Positions 46,293 to 56,700 of a stretch of DNA of 64,000 nucleotides are shown piece by piece. Location: positions 24,749 through 88,748 of the forward strand of contig JAQYVW010000005.1 in the NCBI GenBank assembly GCA_030145325.1, written 5' to 3'. The stretch comes from Desulfurivibrionaceae bacterium. Lineage in GTDB: Bacteria > Desulfobacterota > Desulfobulbia > Desulfobulbales > UBA5123. The notes under the pieces are model-generated. The model saw only the letters and a program-made list of their open reading frames with translations, was not told where the DNA came from and did no database searches. Position 1 is the first letter of the stretch; each line of letters starts with the position of its first letter. The translations under genes and the position numbers were made by a program.

Positions 46293-47771
46293 TTAGGCGA
46301 AATGTTTGGTGGCATTGCGGAGCCGGGCAACAACCCGTTCCTTACCAAGGGTTACCAGCACATCGAACATGCCGGGGCCAGCCAGGCAACCGGTGGTGAC
46401 AGTGCGGGAACCGTTGATGAGGATACCGGGCTTAATTTCCAGCTCTTCGGCCAGAGCGCGGGCGGCCTGTTCCACGGTTTCCTTGTTGTAGTCGGTAAGA
46501 GCTTCAAAGCGATCGGCAAGCATTGGCAGCCATTGCTCAAGCTGGGGATTTTTGACAATATTCTTCTTCTTCGCCCGTTCTTCAATGGTGAAGTCCTCGG
46601 CAAAGTAGGCACGGCCCATGGTGGTGAAATCAACCAGGGTGTGGTAGCGCTCGCGGATCAGCTCTAGGGTTTGGTGAAACCATTCTTTCTTCTCGGCCTC
46701 GTAGGCCGCGTCCCAGATGTTCTCTTTCTCCATGAACGGTCTGACTTTTGCCGCCAATTCTGCCACCGGGATGGATTGCAGGTAGTGGCCGTTGATGCTG
46801 AGCGCTTTGGGATCGGTGATGAACTTGGGATCATCCTTCTGGTAGTTGAATATGGAATTAGAACGACTGATGCCTTTAAAAGAGAAGGCGTCAAGGAGCT
46901 CCGTTTTGTTGAATAATTCTTGGTCGTCGCCGCTGGACCAGCCGAGCAGGACAAGGAAGTTGGTTAACCCCCAGGGCAGGAAGCCGATCTCTCGGTAGTA
47001 CTGAACCGCGACGATCTCGCCATGGCTGCGTTTGGAGATCTTGCGTTTCTGTAAATCAAGGGTAAGCGGCATGTGGGCGAAGGTGGGTAGCTTGGCTCCC
47101 AAGGCTTCATAGATCAGGATCTGGCGCGGGGTGTTGGCCAGGCCATCCTGACCACGGATAATATGGCTAATCCGGTCGCGGATGTCATCCACCACGTTGC
47201 AGAGTAGATAGAGGGGCTTACCGTTAGAGCGGACGATGACGAAATCTTCAATGTCGCAGTATTTACGTTCGATGCGGCCGTAAACCTCATCCTCAAAGAT
47301 CACGGCATCGTCACGTTCCGGGACCTTAAAACGGATAACGTAAGGAGTTTCGGCTGCTTCCTTGGCCGCTACTTCATCAGTGCTGAGATTTCGGCAGGTC
47401 TTATCGTATTTGAAATCCTGTTTGGCGGCTTGGGCTGTTTCCCGCTTGGCTTCCAGTTCTTCTTTGGTGCAGAAGCATTTGTAGGCATGGCCGCTGTTCA
47501 GTAACTTTTGGGCGGCAGCAGTGTGATCATTGGCAAACTCGGTCTGAAAGTATGGACCCTCGTCCCAGGTGATGCCCAGCCAAGTCAAGCCGTCGAGGAT
47601 ACCGTCGATGGATTCCTGGGTGGAACGTTCGGCGTCGGTATCTTCGATGCGCAGCACCAGTTTGCCGTTATGTTTTTTGGCGTAGAGCCAGTTGTAGATA
47701 GCGGTTCTAGCTCCGCCAATATGTAGATAGCCCGTGGGGCTGGGGGGAAAGCGTAAGCGTACTTCAGACAT
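46293..47771 (-). CDS. gltX: glutamyl-tRNA synthetase
   Basis: RFPPSPTGYLHIGGART and KISKR motifs. AAGGAG RBS before the ATG at 47771. Confidence 0.93.
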   Translation of the reverse strand: MSEVRLRFPPSPTGYLHIGGARTAIYNWLYAKKHNGKLVLRIEDTDAERSTQESIDGILDGLTWLGITWDEGPYFQTEFANDHTAAAQKLLNSGHAYKCFCTKEELEAKRETAQAAKQDFKYDKTCRNLSTDEVAAKEAAETPYVIRFKVPERDDAVIFEDEVYGRIERKYCDIEDFVIVRSNGKPLYLLCNVVDDIRDRISHIIRGQDGLANTPRQILIYEALGAKLPTFAHMPLTLDLQKRKISKRSHGEIVAVQYYREIGFLPWGLTNFLVLLGWSSGDDQELFNKTELLDAFSFKGISRSNSIFNYQKDDPKFITDPKALSINGHYLQSIPVAELAAKVRPFMEKENIWDAAYEAEKKEWFHQTLELIRERYHTLVDFTTMGRAYFAEDFTIEERAKKKNIVKNPQLEQWLPMLADRFEALTDYNKETVEQAARALAEELEIKPGILINGSRTVTTGCLAGPGMFDVLVTLGKERVVARLRNATKHFA

Positions 47772-48090
47772 CGTCTGCTCCTTGAGGTGATGCAATGGTG
47801 GCCGCAGTTTCAGATGAAAGGCGGAAATTGAAGCTGGTTATAGCCTTTTTTGCGTTGTTATTCAATAAGTGAGAAGGGATAATTTTGTAAATTATCTGTG
47901 GAGAAAAGGCGCAGGTTTTTTCTGTTTCAATGGTTTGACTTCTTTACGATTCTCAATATTCGGTTAATAAAATTTTAAAAATAGGGAATAATGTGTTAAT
48001 ATCGTAGTTGGATAAGGTTGCGTGACACGGTGGTGATGGACATCGCTCAAGTCAGGCGTAGCCGGAGACAAAATGAAGGAGGGGATTGTT

Positions 48091-48360
48091 ATGATGGTTG
48101 ATCCCTCAAATGTCGCAGCCCAGTATAGTTCGACAAATAAAACGGAAAGAGATTCGCAGCCCACAAGTGTAAGCAACGAACCACGTCCCAACAGTGAGAA
48201 TACTGTAGAATCTGGACGAACCAGTTCTGTCGGGCCAGCGGTGGTGGCTAAATTTTCTGCGGCTGCTTTGGAAACTGCCAAATCTGTAAAGGCAGCAGAG
48301 CAAACGGCAGACCAGCAGGCTACTAAGGATGCGCTTAAGACGGAAAATAAAATGTCTTAA
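48091..48360 (+). CDS. hypothetical small Ser/Thr/Ala-rich protein
   Basis: AAGGAGGGG RBS lies within the first codons of the longer track ORF, favouring the ATG at 48091/48094. A terminator follows. No motif recognised. Confidence 0.4.
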   Translation: MMVDPSNVAAQYSSTNKTERDSQPTSVSNEPRPNSENTVESGRTSSVGPAVVAKFSAAALETAKSVKAAEQTADQQATKDALKTENKMS

Positions 48361-48396
48361 GAAGTTGAATCTGGATTTTATGTCTTCTCTTGAAGA

Positions 48397-48431
48397 TAAA
48401 AAAAGAGGCTATTTTTATAGCCTCTTTTTTT
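48397..48431. terminator. bidirectional intrinsic terminator
   Basis: AGAGGCTA/TAGCCTCT stem flanked by an A-run and a T-run. Lies between convergent genes. Confidence 0.7.
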
Positions 48432-48513
48432 ATTGTTTTTTTTGTCCATCTAATGATCTTTGTTTAGGTGAGTGAGCGGGTGAGATCCCGAAAGCTAGGT
48501 TTCTAATGGTATC

Positions 48514-49416
48514 CTATAAGCCCAACTCGGTCAGAAAACGAGGGTTGGTGCTCCAGTTTTTTTGTACCTTGACCCACAATTTCAACATCACCGGCATCCC
48601 GAGCAGATCTTGAATCTCGTGCCGTGCCGCCTTTCCTATCTCTTTCAGGGTTATCCCGCCTTTGCCGATGATGATGCCTTTTTGGGATCCTTTCTCAACC
48701 AGAATTGTGGCGTGAATAGTGGCCGTATGTCTGGCTTCGTCCTCCTGAAAGGAGTCGATTACCACTGCGGTGGAGTAAGGGATTTCCTGATTAGTGCGCC
48801 GGAAAATTTTTTCGCGGATAATTTCGCCGACAATGAACCGTTCGGTGGAGTCGGTGGGGATATCTTCGGGGTAAAGGCGTGGGCCCGTGGGCATTAATGT
48901 AAGAATCTCGGTGAGTAGGGTAGCAGTGCCGTCCTTGGCCAGGGCTGAAATGGGTACCATGGCCGTGAAGGGAAACATTTCTTGGTAGGCAGTGAGGATG
49001 GGCAGCAATTTTTCTTTGCTCACCAGGTCGATTTTGTTAATCGCCAGCATCACCGGTTTATTGACCTTGCGGAGATGATCAAGTTGTGAGGATTCTTGTT
49101 TCGGTTTCGGCAAAGTCGCGTCGATCATGAAGAGGATCGCGTCCACCTCGGGCAGGGTGTCCAAGGCTACCTTGACCATGGCCAGATTGAGAGGGCTTCT
49201 GGCGCTGTGTAGGCCGGGGGTGTCAAGGAGCACCAACTGGTAGTCGGGACCGTTGACAATGCCCATGATCCTGTTGCGGGTGGTTTGCGGCTTGGGTGAG
49301 ACAATGGATATTTTTTGTCCAAGCAAGCAATTAAGCAAGGTAGACTTGCCTACATTGGGTGGGCCGATGAGGGCAATAATTCCGGTTTTGATCGATGTCT
49401 TTTCAGGGTTTGGCAT
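48514..49416 (-). CDS. era: GTPase Era
   Basis: G1 GPPNVGKST, G3 DTPG, G4 NKID, and a C-terminal KH domain. Confidence 0.95.
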   Translation of the reverse strand: MPNPEKTSIKTGIIALIGPPNVGKSTLLNCLLGQKISIVSPKPQTTRNRIMGIVNGPDYQLVLLDTPGLHSARSPLNLAMVKVALDTLPEVDAILFMIDATLPKPKQESSQLDHLRKVNKPVMLAINKIDLVSKEKLLPILTAYQEMFPFTAMVPISALAKDGTATLLTEILTLMPTGPRLYPEDIPTDSTERFIVGEIIREKIFRRTNQEIPYSTAVVIDSFQEDEARHTATIHATILVEKGSQKGIIIGKGGITLKEIGKAARHEIQDLLGMPVMLKLWVKVQKNWSTNPRFLTELGL

Positions 49417-49653
49417 GGGTTTTCCAAGTCAAATTTGAGGGCAATTTTTGCCATTGTGGCAAGGGGGCTACTATAGCCTATTTTTTGTCTGGCTTCATGG
49501 TAAAGAGATGACAAACGGTTTGATAGTTGTTACACCAAGGCCCATTTGTAGAGCTTTTATTCTCTTGCTGGCGGGAACTTTGGTAAGTGTTGCCGACGTC
49601 ACCCTTTTTTGCATACAATTCCTTCAATCTATGTTGTTCATACGGAGTTTTTG

Positions 49654-51654
49654 ATGACGGCACAAGGTAAACTTGGCGAATATATCGAGCAGGGTAAATT
49701 TATTTGCGCTTTTGTGGTGGAGGATACCGGTAAACGTTTACGACTCCTTAATCAGAATGGTCGTGAGGTGAGCCTGGCAATGTCGCGGTTGGTGCATTTG
49801 ACCCAGGCTTCTTCTTTCTCTTCCGGGCTGTTGCCGCGAGAGGAAATGCTGCGGGAGTTGAAAGAGGTTGCCATGCGTCGCCGTGAGTTGATGGCGCAGG
49901 TTGATCTTGCCGAGATCTGGGAGTTGGCTGTTGATGAACCTGAATCGGTTTTTGCACCTCGTTTTTTGACCGAGCTTTCCTTTGGTGAGGAGGCATCGGA
50001 TGATCATGTCGCCGCCTTCCTCCGATGTCTTTTTATCGATCGCCTGTATTTCAAGTATAAAGAAGGGCGCATCACTGTTCATTCTGCCGAGGTGGTGGAG
50101 CAGTTGCAGCATCAGCAGGAGCAAGAGCAGCAGAAAGAGGCCTTGCTTGATAACGGTGGCCGGGGTTTGCTGCAGATTTGGGAGGGAGATTTTCAGGCGC
50201 AGTGGCCAGAGCGAGATAGCTGCCTGCAAATGGTGGGTGACTATTATCTGCACGGCAATGACGCCCCGGAAAGCGCTGCCGCCCGTGAATTACTGAAACG
50301 ATCTGGTTTGACCCGTCCCCATGATGCTTTTCAGTTGCTGGTGAAAGCCGGAATTTGGGATGCCAATGAAAATCTGCCCTTTCTCCGTCTGGAGCTTGGT
50401 GATGAGTTTTCGGAAGAGGTTTTGGCGCAGGCGGCAACAATCCCAGAGCCTGATGTTGTTGCCCTCTGTGCTGAGCGGCGTCGCGATCTTACTGACTTGC
50501 CGTTGCTAACCATCGATGGCGCTGGCACCAGGGATTATGACGATGCTCTCCATATCGAGCCGCGGGGTGACAACTATCTGGTCGGCATTCATATTTCCGA
50601 TGTCGCCCACTATGTGCGACCGGGTGAGCCGCTGTATCTGGAGGCGCTTAACCGGGTGACTTCGCTCTACTTTCCTGAGCGGCAGGTGCCCATGTTGCCG
50701 CCTGAACTATCGCAAGGGTGTTGTAGCCTGATTGTCGATCAACCTCGGGCTGCCGTTAGTTTCATGGTTGAGCTATCACCCGACGGTGAGGTGCTGGATT
50801 TTGATCTGATGGCCAGCGTGGTAAAGGTTAAGCGGCAGCTCTCTTACCCCGAAGCTGAAGAGATGGCCGAGAGTGACGATGAATTGCGGATGCTGGCTGA
50901 TCTGAGCCGCAAGTTGCAGCAACGGCGGGTGGCGGCAGGGGCGTTGTTGTTGCCGATTCCCGATGTGAATATCCGTTTAACCGATGGTGGCGAGCCCATT
51001 GGCGTGGAACTGAGTGCTGTGGACACGGTGAGCCGCACCTTGGTTGCTGAATTCATGGTTCTTGCCAATACCTTGGGCGCGCAGTACGTAGCCGAGAGGG
51101 AGGTGCCTGGCCTGTATCGTTGTCAGGAGCCGCCGCGTAAACGATTGTTTGTTAGTCCGCAAAAGGAGTTGTTGGTTAACTATCAGCAGCGGCGGCATTT
51201 GTCACCGGGCAAATTGTTGACCAGTCCAAAACCGCATAGTGGGGTCGGGGTCTCTCAGTACACCACGGTTACTTCCCCCATCCGGCGTTTGTTGGATTTG
51301 GTCATGCAGCAGCAGATCAAAAGCCTGTTGGCTGGGCAGGGCGCTCTTTATCGTCTTGAGGATTTAAATGATTTAGGGGCTAATATTCTCACCACCCAGA
51401 GCCGGGTCAATCAGGTTCGGCAGCAACGGCATCGTTACTGGCTGCTCAAGTATCTAGAGCCCAAGGTCGGTGAGCGGGTTGAGGCGTTGGTGATCAATCG
51501 CGGCCCCAAGAGAATACAGGTGATCTTGACCGATTGTTTGCTGGATGGTGATCTGCCGAAGGTGCAGGCCGGGGCGGTGGAACCGGGTGAGTTGGTGCAG
51601 GTGAAACTGGAGCGAGTGAACGCCCTGGATAATCAGTTGCGGTTTGCCTGGTAA
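49654..51654 (+). CDS. RNase II/RNase R-family 3'-5' exoribonuclease
   Basis: RNB motifs TIDGAGTRDYDDALHIE and TSPIRR..D, with a C-terminal S1-like region. Start moved to the ATG at 49654. Confidence 0.85.
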   Translation: MTAQGKLGEYIEQGKFICAFVVEDTGKRLRLLNQNGREVSLAMSRLVHLTQASSFSSGLLPREEMLRELKEVAMRRRELMAQVDLAEIWELAVDEPESVFAPRFLTELSFGEEASDDHVAAFLRCLFIDRLYFKYKEGRITVHSAEVVEQLQHQQEQEQQKEALLDNGGRGLLQIWEGDFQAQWPERDSCLQMVGDYYLHGNDAPESAAARELLKRSGLTRPHDAFQLLVKAGIWDANENLPFLRLELGDEFSEEVLAQAATIPEPDVVALCAERRRDLTDLPLLTIDGAGTRDYDDALHIEPRGDNYLVGIHISDVAHYVRPGEPLYLEALNRVTSLYFPERQVPMLPPELSQGCCSLIVDQPRAAVSFMVELSPDGEVLDFDLMASVVKVKRQLSYPEAEEMAESDDELRMLADLSRKLQQRRVAAGALLLPIPDVNIRLTDGGEPIGVELSAVDTVSRTLVAEFMVLANTLGAQYVAEREVPGLYRCQEPPRKRLFVSPQKELLVNYQQRRHLSPGKLLTSPKPHSGVGVSQYTTVTSPIRRLLDLVMQQQIKSLLAGQGALYRLEDLNDLGANILTTQSRVNQVRQQRHRYWLLKYLEPKVGERVEALVINRGPKRIQVILTDCLLDGDLPKVQAGAVEPGELVQVKLERVNALDNQLRFAW

Positions 51655-51680
51655 GAGAGAGTGTCGGGCGGCGGGGAAGA

Positions 51681-51857
51681 TCAGTCGTAAATAAGGCAGG
51701 TGTAACGTTCTAGAATCGCCTCGGTTTCGCTGTCCAGTTGGTCTGCAACCTCGTGAATCTGGTATTCGTGCCTGCAGCTGCTGCAACGCATCCGTACTCG
51801 GCCGCAGCTCCGGTTTACTTCAAGTTTGCCGTCACATTTCTTGCACTGCATAGCCAT
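51681..51857 (-). CDS. small dual-CXXC zinc-ribbon-like protein
   Basis: MAMQCKKC...(16 aa)...CSSC. The track ORF starts at a TTG; the ATG at 51857 is more likely. Confidence 0.45.
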   Translation of the reverse strand: MAMQCKKCDGKLEVNRSCGRVRMRCSSCRHEYQIHEVADQLDSETEAILERYTCLIYD

Positions 51858-51925
51858 TTTAAATAATTCCAAATTGATACGATAGTGAGGAGCGGCCCCT
51901 TGCCGCTCCTCTTGGTGATCTGCGC

Positions 51926-52477
51926 TTAGCTAAGTAGTTGTTCGCGGGTGAAAACAGCCTCAAGCTTCACCCCTTTTGCGGCCAACGCCTCGGCGCCGCC
52001 TTCCTGACGATCAACCACGGTCAGTACTGCCCCAACCTTATATCCTTGGGCCTCCACCCGATCAATAACCTGAATCAGGGTGCCACCACTGGTTACGACA
52101 TCCTCCACCAGGGCCACGGTGGCGCCTTCGGGGAGGTTCTTGCGTCCTTCCAGGTAGTCCTCGGTGCCATGTTTTTTTGATTCCTTCCTGACAATAAAGG
52201 CGGGGATGGGATTTTTTTCAAGAAAGCTGACCATGGAAACTGCTGTCACCAAGGGATCGGCCCCCAAGGTCATGCCGCCCACGGCATCAATTTTCACCTC
52301 ATGGGCCTGAATAATCTCTAACATTAACTTGCCGCAGAGGTAGGCCCCTTCGGCAGAAAGGGTTGTCTGCTTGCCGTCGATATAGAAGTCTGATTCCCGC
52401 CCGGAAGAGAGAGTAAAGGTTCCCTTGCGGTATGATTTCTCGAGAAGGAGTTGTTTGAGGCGGTCTCTATCGTTCAT
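51926..52477 (-). CDS. pyrE: orotate phosphoribosyltransferase
   Basis: FTLSSGRESDFY and the PRPP-binding LVEDVVTSGGT. Confidence 0.93.
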   Translation of the reverse strand: MNDRDRLKQLLLEKSYRKGTFTLSSGRESDFYIDGKQTTLSAEGAYLCGKLMLEIIQAHEVKIDAVGGMTLGADPLVTAVSMVSFLEKNPIPAFIVRKESKKHGTEDYLEGRKNLPEGATVALVEDVVTSGGTLIQVIDRVEAQGYKVGAVLTVVDRQEGGAEALAAKGVKLEAVFTREQLLS

Positions 52478-52630
52478 TGTTGATCCATGGGGTGGCGGTG
52501 TTGGTTACCGACTGTTTTTTACGGGGTGAATGTGGCGTGGGTACCAAACTTAGAGGTTTCCCTGGCCATTCATTCGTAACGGTGAAAAAGTGCGGCCAAT
52601 ATAACCAGATCATCCGTAGGACGCAAATGG

Positions 52631-53530
52631 TTAATTGTTAATATTGTCAGGGGCGGTGTGATCTTGTCGGAGATTGTCCAACAGGGAGGCGGTGATGATC
52701 AGCGCGATTCCCAGCCATTCGTGGGCAGCGATTGTTTTGCCGGACCAGAGGGCAAAGGAAAGGGCACCGACCACTATTTCAAAGAGCATCAAGATGTTGA
52801 CCCGGTAGCTTTCAAGCCTAGTGAGGCTGTAGAGAATGGAGAGTGAGGCCGCGCCTTGCATGCCCACGGCAAAGAAGATGAGCAGCGGTAGCCATAAGTG
52901 CAGTTGGCCCCAGTCCGGGGCTGGTGGGTTGAAAAGGATGATACCGATGAGGGCGGTGATCGCCGCCCCCTGCCAGTGGATGACGGTGAGAGCCCAGCTC
53001 GGGGTGGAGGGGCTCAGTTGCAACCCCACCACCGAGACGGCAAAGGCCAGCCCTGAGAGTAGCGCGCAGGTGTCACCGCCATTCCAGCTCGGACTGTGGC
53101 TATGGTGGAAGCCGAGGAGAATGAAGGCTCCGGCCAGTGAGACCCCTATCATCAGGAGCTTGCGGGGGGTGATCCGTCCTTTGCCGATCAGCCTACCGCC
53201 AAGCAGGTTCCAGATCGGTGAGAGATAAAATAGCATCAAAGCTCGGACCACGGTGGTCTCGGTGAGGGCGATAAAGAAGAGTAGGTTGGTGAGCCCGCCG
53301 AAGATGATCAGCAGCAGCGCCGGACCGAAGGTCAGTGGGCAGTGGCCGCGCCGGTTGGCGATGATTAGCGGGATCAACCCCGCGCCGCCGATCAGGGCAA
53401 AGACCAGTAAGGTGGTCCAGAGGCCGCTTACACCCAGCGCGGTCAGCCGGGCCAGGGGCAGCCAGACCAGCCCCCAGATGGTGGCACCGGCAAGGGCGGC
53501 AAGAACGGCGGGCAGTTCATTTTTTTGCAT
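52631..53530 (-). CDS. EamA/DMT-family transporter
   Basis: About 10 TM helices arranged as two EamA-like halves. Start placed at the first ATG. Confidence 0.75.
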   Translation of the reverse strand: MQKNELPAVLAALAGATIWGLVWLPLARLTALGVSGLWTTLLVFALIGGAGLIPLIIANRRGHCPLTFGPALLLIIFGGLTNLLFFIALTETTVVRALMLFYLSPIWNLLGGRLIGKGRITPRKLLMIGVSLAGAFILLGFHHSHSPSWNGGDTCALLSGLAFAVSVVGLQLSPSTPSWALTVIHWQGAAITALIGIILFNPPAPDWGQLHLWLPLLIFFAVGMQGAASLSILYSLTRLESYRVNILMLFEIVVGALSFALWSGKTIAAHEWLGIALIITASLLDNLRQDHTAPDNINN

Positions 53531-53794
53531 GGCACGGACCTTTATGGGCTTCCCCGTAATGGAGATCAAGACTGGTTTACTTCTGAATTTAGTCAGTTGC
53601 CAAGGTTAGGGCCTCGGTGATGAGCAGGATCAGTTTCGATCTTTATCATAATCGTGATTTACATGCTAAGCCATTTGGGTGCAGGTAATTTCTGATCTAT
53701 TTGCTCTAACGAACTATATGGTTTAACGTGAAATTGAAGCCGTTGAGTGGTAGCGAAACATAGGTGCCGGATTAAAATTATCTATTTTAGGAAG

Positions 53795-56700
53795 ATGCGT
53801 GTGTTGCGACGACCAGTGAATCTACGCATAAAAATCTTTTTGGCTTTGTTCTTTGTCGGGGTGGGCAGCACCCTGCTTAGCTCTTGGGAGCACTATACCT
53901 TTCTAAAAACCACCCTTATCAATAAGAGCATAGATCATTTCATCAGTATTCGGGATAGTCGCAAGCATGAGATAGAGCGATATTTTAATCGGATGCACAC
54001 CGCAACCCTGATGTTGTCGAAAGGGTGGACCATTGTCGCGGCGGCCAAGGATTTCCAAAAAGCATTTGTGGCGCTGGATCATGAACTGCCGCCACAATCA
54101 ACCTCTAATCCTCCTGTGTCCCAGGCGTTGCGTGACCGGTATGCAAAGGTTGTCGAGACCGCACATTTTTCAACCAGCCAAAAGGTATTCTCGACTGTTG
54201 AAACCTCTCTGCCCCATGATCCCAGGAGCCTCTATCTGCAAAATTTGTATGTCACTGGACAAGATGCCGGGCAGCAAAAAAATCTATCAGCCAACTTGCA
54301 AACCACGTATGAAAAGACCCATGCCCGCTACCACGCTTTTTTCTCAGGGTATGGGAAGGACCTCAATGTCCACGATCTTTTTCTCATCGATCGGGCCAGC
54401 GGGGTTGTCGTTTATTCGACCCGAAAAGAACTTGATTTCGCGACCAATATTCTGGATGGAGCCTGGAAAGACGGCCCGCTGGCGAAGGTATTCAAAAGCG
54501 TGGTTGCGGCAGAAGGTGGCGGCGTCAAGGTGACGGATTTTGAAAAGTATTGCCCTGCCAATCATCAGCCGGCCGCCTTCGTCGCCGCGCCGGTGCGGGA
54601 CGGGTCAACAACCATTGCCGTTTTGGTTCTGGCAATATCGGTTGATGAGATCAATGCGGCGATGACCGATAACGAAAAATGGCGGGAACAGGGCCTCGGG
54701 GCAACCGGTGAAACCTACCTCGTCGGCCCCGACTATACCATGCGCAGTGATTCGCGCTTTCTTTTGGAATCCCGGCAACAATTTTTTGCCCAGGAAAAAG
54801 AACAGCAGGTGCCAGCCGCAACGCTGGCCGAAATGCAAAACGACAATACTTCTATTCTGCTCCTGAAGGTAGCAACAGAATCGGTGCAGCGGGCTTTCAA
54901 GGGAGAAACGGGCTCCGCTTTGATCAAGGATTATCGGGGGGTGCCGGTGCTTTCCGCTTTTACACCTCTTGACATTTCTGGGGTGCATTGGGTGTTGTTG
55001 GCCGAAATAGATCAAGATGAGATCTTCTCTTCCGTGGCGCAGCTTCGTGACCGGGTATTTTTTCTCTTGGTGATTACCCTGGTGCTGGTAAACGCCACCG
55101 GTGCGTTTCTCGCCGCATCTTTAGCCAAACCAATCAGTACGCTGATCGCCGGGGTGCGGCAGCTTGGCCACGGTTCCATGGCTGACAGGATTGACGTAAC
55201 CTCCCGTGATGAAGTGGGAGAACTGGCGGTTGCTTTTAATCAAATGGCGGCCAATCTTTCCCTGAAAACTGTTTCCTTGGATTATTTTTCATCGATCATC
55301 AATTCCATGAACGAGATGTTGTTTGTCCTCGGCATTGATGTCGAAAAGCAGACCACGGTGATCTCGGAAGTGAATCAAGCCGCCTTGGAAAAACTTGGTT
55401 ACCCTAAAGGTGATTTTGCCGGCAATGGCGTTGAGAATTTTTTTCTGGAAAAAGATGGGGAAAAGCTTTTCTCCGGGGAAAAGTTGGCGGAGTTGTTGGC
55501 CATTGGATGGTCGCAAGGGCGCGAGATAATCTTTATGAGTCGAACCGGGGAAGCAATTCCGGTCATCCTCTCCGCTTCGGTGATGGGTCATCCCGAGGAT
55601 GTATCTCCTGCCGGGATAGTTCTTATTGCTCAGGATATAACCGAGCGGCAAAAGAGCGAGCAGGAACTGCGCCGTGTTAATCGAGCCATGCAAACCCTTA
55701 TCGATTGCAATCAAGCGGTAAGTTGCGCCGAGACGGATGATGCATTGCTCCAGAGTATCTGTAATGCGGTGGTGGGCAAGAGCGGCTATCAACTGGCCTG
55801 GATTGGTTTTGCCGAAGATGATCAGCTTAAATCGGTGCGGACGGCGGCCCAGTCCGGATATGACGACGGATATCTAGAACATTTGCGTGTAAGCTGGGCC
55901 GATGATGAATGGGGCGGTGGCCCAACCGGGATGGCGATCAAGAGCGGCGAGCCGCAGGTGATAAGGAATATTCTCACCGATAGTCGCTTTCAGCCTTGGC
56001 GGGAGCAGGCCTGTCTGCGCGGTTACCAATCTTCCCTAGCCCTGCCCTTGCTTGATCCGTTCCTCGGCACCATTGGCGCCTTGAATATCTATGCCCCCGA
56101 GCCCGATGCCTTTGACGCCCAGGAGATAGATCTTCTCCGCGAAGTTGCCGTGGCTGTTGTCAACGGCCTCAATACGCTGCGGGGCAGGCGGGAACATGCC
56201 CAGGCGGTAGCGGAACTCGCCCAGTCGGAGGAACGGTTCCGGGGAATCTTTGAGCAGGCGGCGGTGGGGATCGCTTTGGTGGCCACCAATGGCAACTGGA
56301 TCATGGTCAACCAGAAGCTCTGTAATATGGTGGGATATACACGGGAAGAACTTCTGGCGCTCAGTTTTCAAAGGATCACCCATCCAGAGGATCTGGAAGA
56401 TAATCTGAACTACAAAGACCGGATGTTGGCCGGTGAAATGCAAAATTATGCCCTGGAAAAACGTTACATATGCAAGGATGGTCATTCTCTCTGGGTCAAT
56501 CTGTCAATTTCACTTGTCCGTGATGAACATGGCCAGCCGAAATTTTTCATCTCCGTTGTTGAAGATATCGGCGCCCGCAAGCAAGCTGAGGCAGAACAGG
56601 AAAAACTTGTGGCGATTATTGAGCACAGTCCTGATTTTATCGGCATCGCTGCCCTTGACGGCCAATTGCTCTATCTCAACAATTCCGGGCGAACGCTGGT

